The position numbers and the translations under genes are program-made. A stretch of DNA of 64,000 nt from Carcharhinus longimanus (lineage: Eukaryota): contig JASCQW010000132.1 of assembly GCA_030264375.1 (NCBI GenBank), forward strand, positions 76,809,933-76,873,932, read 5' to 3'. The notes under the pieces were generated by a model. It searched no databases and was not told the DNA's origin. It saw only the letters and a list, made by a program, of their open reading frames with translations. Below, one piece after another: positions 60,896-64,000 of this stretch (position 1 is the stretch's first letter; the number at the start of each line of letters is the position of its first letter).

Positions 60896-61448
60896 TTCGT
60901 TTTAAAAATCGGCAGGCAAAACTGGAATGGAATAACGATAACCTTTAAAAGGATATTGTTTTGGTGGGCACAGTCAAGGTACATTCCTGAGAGGAAAATA
61001 GAGCAAACAAATCCAGAGTTCACTTGATAACAAAATGGATAGAGAGTACGATGAAGAAGAAAATGGTTGAATATGTCAGATCTCAGGTGGAAAACACCAT
61101 TGTGAACTGCTATCAAAATAGATGGTTCAGAAAGAAAATGAAAATAACGGAAGTAAAGAGAAACTTTGAGAAGAGTCAGTCAGCTAACATAAAATGGAAA
61201 CCAAAAGTATTTTATAGACATGTAAATAGTAAAACGATGGTAAAAAGAAGAGTGAAGGTGATTATAGAGTGTAAAGGAGGTTTATATATGGAGACATGAA
61301 GCATGGCAGAAGTAATAAATTGGTATTAGATTGATACTTTGCCTCTGTCTTCACTAAAAAAGAAGGGGCTGCCCAAGAGAAAGTAAATAATGGGTTGACC
61401 ATTGATAAAGAGGAGATGTGAGATAGGTTGGCTGTATTTAAAGTTCAT

Positions 61449-61575
61449 AGTTGGGTTTTTCCGGCCTTGCTGGCCCCAAGACCAGAAAATCCCGTCCAAG
61501 GTCAATGGATCTTTGCATGGTCTGTATCCTGCCTGCTACAATGCCTGCGGTGGGTGAGATGGGAAAATTCCATCT
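61449..61575. mobile_element. Harbinger-type MITE inside CR1
   Basis: Same orientation and sequence family as 57743-57865 (gaaaatcccg...ggtcaatgga...gaaaattcca). Confidence 0.75.
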
Positions 61576-61616
61576 AATACATCGGCAGGATCAGGTGAGA
61601 TGCATCCAAGGAAACT

Positions 61617-61661
61617 GAGGAAAGTAAGGGTGGAAATTGAGGAAAGTAAGGGTGGAAACTG
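61617..61661. repeat. 22-bp tandem duplication inside CR1
   Basis: gaggaaagtaagggtggaaa(t/c)t twice. Confidence 0.85.
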
Positions 61662-62248
61662 CCAAGGCCGCAATTTTCCAATTCTCGTTAGGTACAGGGA
61701 TGGTGCCAGAGGACTGGAAAATTGCAAATGATACACCTTCATTCAAGACAAGGTGTATCAAAAGCTCGTCAACTACAGGCCAGTCAATCTAACCTCTGTA
61801 GTGGGGAAGGTTTCAGAAACAATAATTCATAACCAAATTAATAGTCCCTTGAGCAAATGTGGAATAACTATGCAAATTAACTTATATTTTTTAAGGGAAA
61901 ATCATGTTTAACTAAGTTGCTTGAATTTTTTGATGAGGTAACCGAAATGTTGATGAGATTAATATGGATTTCCAAAAGGCATTTCATAATGAACCAGATT
62001 ACAGACTCGTCAGTAATGTTAGAGCTCATGAGAATAAAAGGGATGGTGGCAGCATGGATACAAAATTGGCGGAGAGAAAAGACACAGTGTACTGGTGAAT
62101 GGCTGTTTCTCAGACTGCAGAAAGATATGCAGTGGGGTTCCCCAGTGCTTGGTATTAGGGAATATGCCTTTGTGAGAAGAAAGGCCATGTGCAGCAGTTG
62201 GTGCTGTTCTGTATATCTTTCTGGTATTTACCACATAGTTAAGATCAT

Positions 62249-62375
62249 GGCTGGAATTTTACTGCCCCACCTGCCATGGCAATCGGAGCGGTTGAGGGGC
62301 AGATAGTGGAAAGGTCCGTTGGCCTCGAGCGGGATTTTATGGTTTTGGGACAAACTAGGCCATAAAATCCTGCCC
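62249..62375. mobile_element. Harbinger-type MITE
   Basis: ggctggaattttac...cataaaatcctgccc flanked by CAT/CAT. Confidence 0.88.
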
Positions 62376-62729
62376 CATGTCTGTGGTATTTCTCCAGGGA
62401 TGAGAACCACACTGAAACTCTGGAAAGATATTCCCTTCAGTCTTTGGGAAGAGGTTGTAGAGGAGAGTCTTTACAATGATCTTCCTGGAGCCAGCAGCAG
62501 GAAGACTCCTCTGAAGTTATCACAATTCTCTTCCTTCTTGAATATAGTCACATTCACACAGTCCCTCACATTCTCCAGCATGCAGTCTGCTTCATTGTTG
62601 AGGGATTTGAGGTTTGCAGCTTTGCAAAGAGTGTATCTCTGCTGTGTGGATTATTTTCCATATTTTGGGGGCTTCGTCTTGATGAAGGCAAACAAACAAT
62701 TAACTTTATCTTTGCCTCTGTACACCAGC

Positions 62730-63015
62730 TCAACTTTTGCCTGGCAGAGGAAAAGAGTATTTGGGAGCCAGGAACTCAAATCCAAGACTAATTTAGTGGT
62801 TTACTGAGCAGCAGTGATCCGCTATTTACTTCAGTGACTGAGGCAACCTACAACAGAGACCTCAAAGCACTGGGGAAGGCCCATCAGCAGCACCTTCACA
62901 AGATCAAAATCTCAATGGGAAGAAGATGACCTAACAGCATGATCTTCTCCAAAACCATCATGTGCTGAAGTTCTATCATTCAGAACTAGCTCTGCTGGAT
63001 GAGATATGTCATCCA
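62730..63015 (+). mobile_element. RTE-clade LINE C-terminal fragment
   Basis: RKRVFGSQELKSKTNLVVY*AAVI...TYNRDLKALGKAHQQHLHKI...IIQN*LCWMRYVI. Confidence 0.7.
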
Positions 63016-64000
63016 TCTTGTTGTGAATACTTCATGCATTCTGATAAAGAACCTTTAATTTTATTTCTTTCCCGCTATTCTTTTTGTTCACTGATACACT
63101 ATTAACAGTAAATTTTCGTTCCTTCTTGTCCCACTCTGCATGCCTTTACCTAAACTACTGTACTGCTCTATAGGCTCAAATTTGCTATTGGATTGCTACA
63201 TTTCTCTTTACCAGACCCCACCCTCTTTTTTATATGTAACATTTCAGAAACGTTGGATTTTTATAATGTTATAGTTTTTGCATTCTCTATCATTAAATAG
63301 GCTGCTCAAACTACAATATCTAATTAACAGCAAATTAATGCTTCCTACATTATAATAGTGACTACACTTTTGAAGTACTTGGAAGGATATCCTGTGATTG
63401 AGAACATTATGATATAATACAAATCCTTCTCTTTTTCAACATTTTGGAATATTGTATTTAATCCTGACTGCAGTTATCAAGGCATCCCCCAATCTCATTT
63501 GTCCATTATGCTATCTTCATTACATTTCAGATCGTATAGAATATCTTTATCTAAGATGTTTCAATTCACATTCCCAGGAATAATAATATATCAGCCATCT
63601 GTGAGAACCTTTGGTTTAATCCCTCAGATGTGGAATTGAATAGGGTAAAACAATGATGATTTGACAAAAGCAGTTCACCAGGTGTGCATGCCTGCTACCT
63701 TGGGGCACATGTCTCTGAACCTGTCACCTCATTCGAATTCTTGTTCTAGCCTCACTGGAACTCAGTAAGCACAGGCATTTTCAGACTACCCAAGAGAAGG
63801 GTGTATATACTTTGGCTGTGTAATGAGAGTGTCTTATTGCCCAGGTGTCGTTCTCTTTCTGCAGGTACTGAAATTATCAGTGCTTTGGTCAAAGTCAAGT
63901 GTAATTTATCTGAAAATTCAGTACCCTGAGGCTACTGCTGCAGATGGATAAAGGCCGACCTGCTGTGGTTAATATATTAGCCTGTACACATCTATGAAAC

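Larger units (their letters stand above)
59990..62160 (+). mobile_element. Decayed CR1 ORF2 (endonuclease to RT) with nested SINE and MITE
   Basis: GGGV...ESIWLEL, LLDLVPGN...HLGDSYH, NYRPVNLTSVVGK, GKSCLTKLLEFFDEVT, GVPQ remnants. Confidence 0.85.

Overview
Eukaryotic, vertebrate DNA from a draft assembly with 12 N-gaps. The repeat complement (HE1-like V-SINEs, Deu-domain SINEs, LF-SINE, CR1 LINEs with an esterase ORF1, Penelope-like elements, Harbinger MITEs) points to a cartilaginous fish, most likely a shark. The window looks intronic or intergenic. I could not confidently identify any host protein-coding gene, and almost every ORF in the track is a decayed transposon, spans a gap, or is a chance ORF. 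Recognisable content: (1) a near full-length decayed CR1 LINE (~29.5-33.8 kb), a second long CR1 (~60.0-62.2 kb) and many fragments; (2) three Penelope-like families, each with a minimal hammerhead-ribozyme-like motif in its terminal repeat; (3) a Harbinger transposase remnant plus a ~105-135 bp MITE family with 3-bp TSDs; (4) Rex/Babar, RTE, L2 and Gypsy-integrase fragments; (5) about 20 SINEs. The structures most worth checking are a perfect 39-bp inverted repeat pair 1.4 kb apart (42530/43991), a 181-bp Penelope-derived fold-back insertion with a 12-bp TSD (13033-13213), an intron-like segment in the CR1 5' UTR, and a candidate 147-bp symmetric exon (4650-4796). Family names come from motif recognition by eye with no database search, and most repeat boundaries are approximate. 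I found no convincing wholly new multi-gene system.
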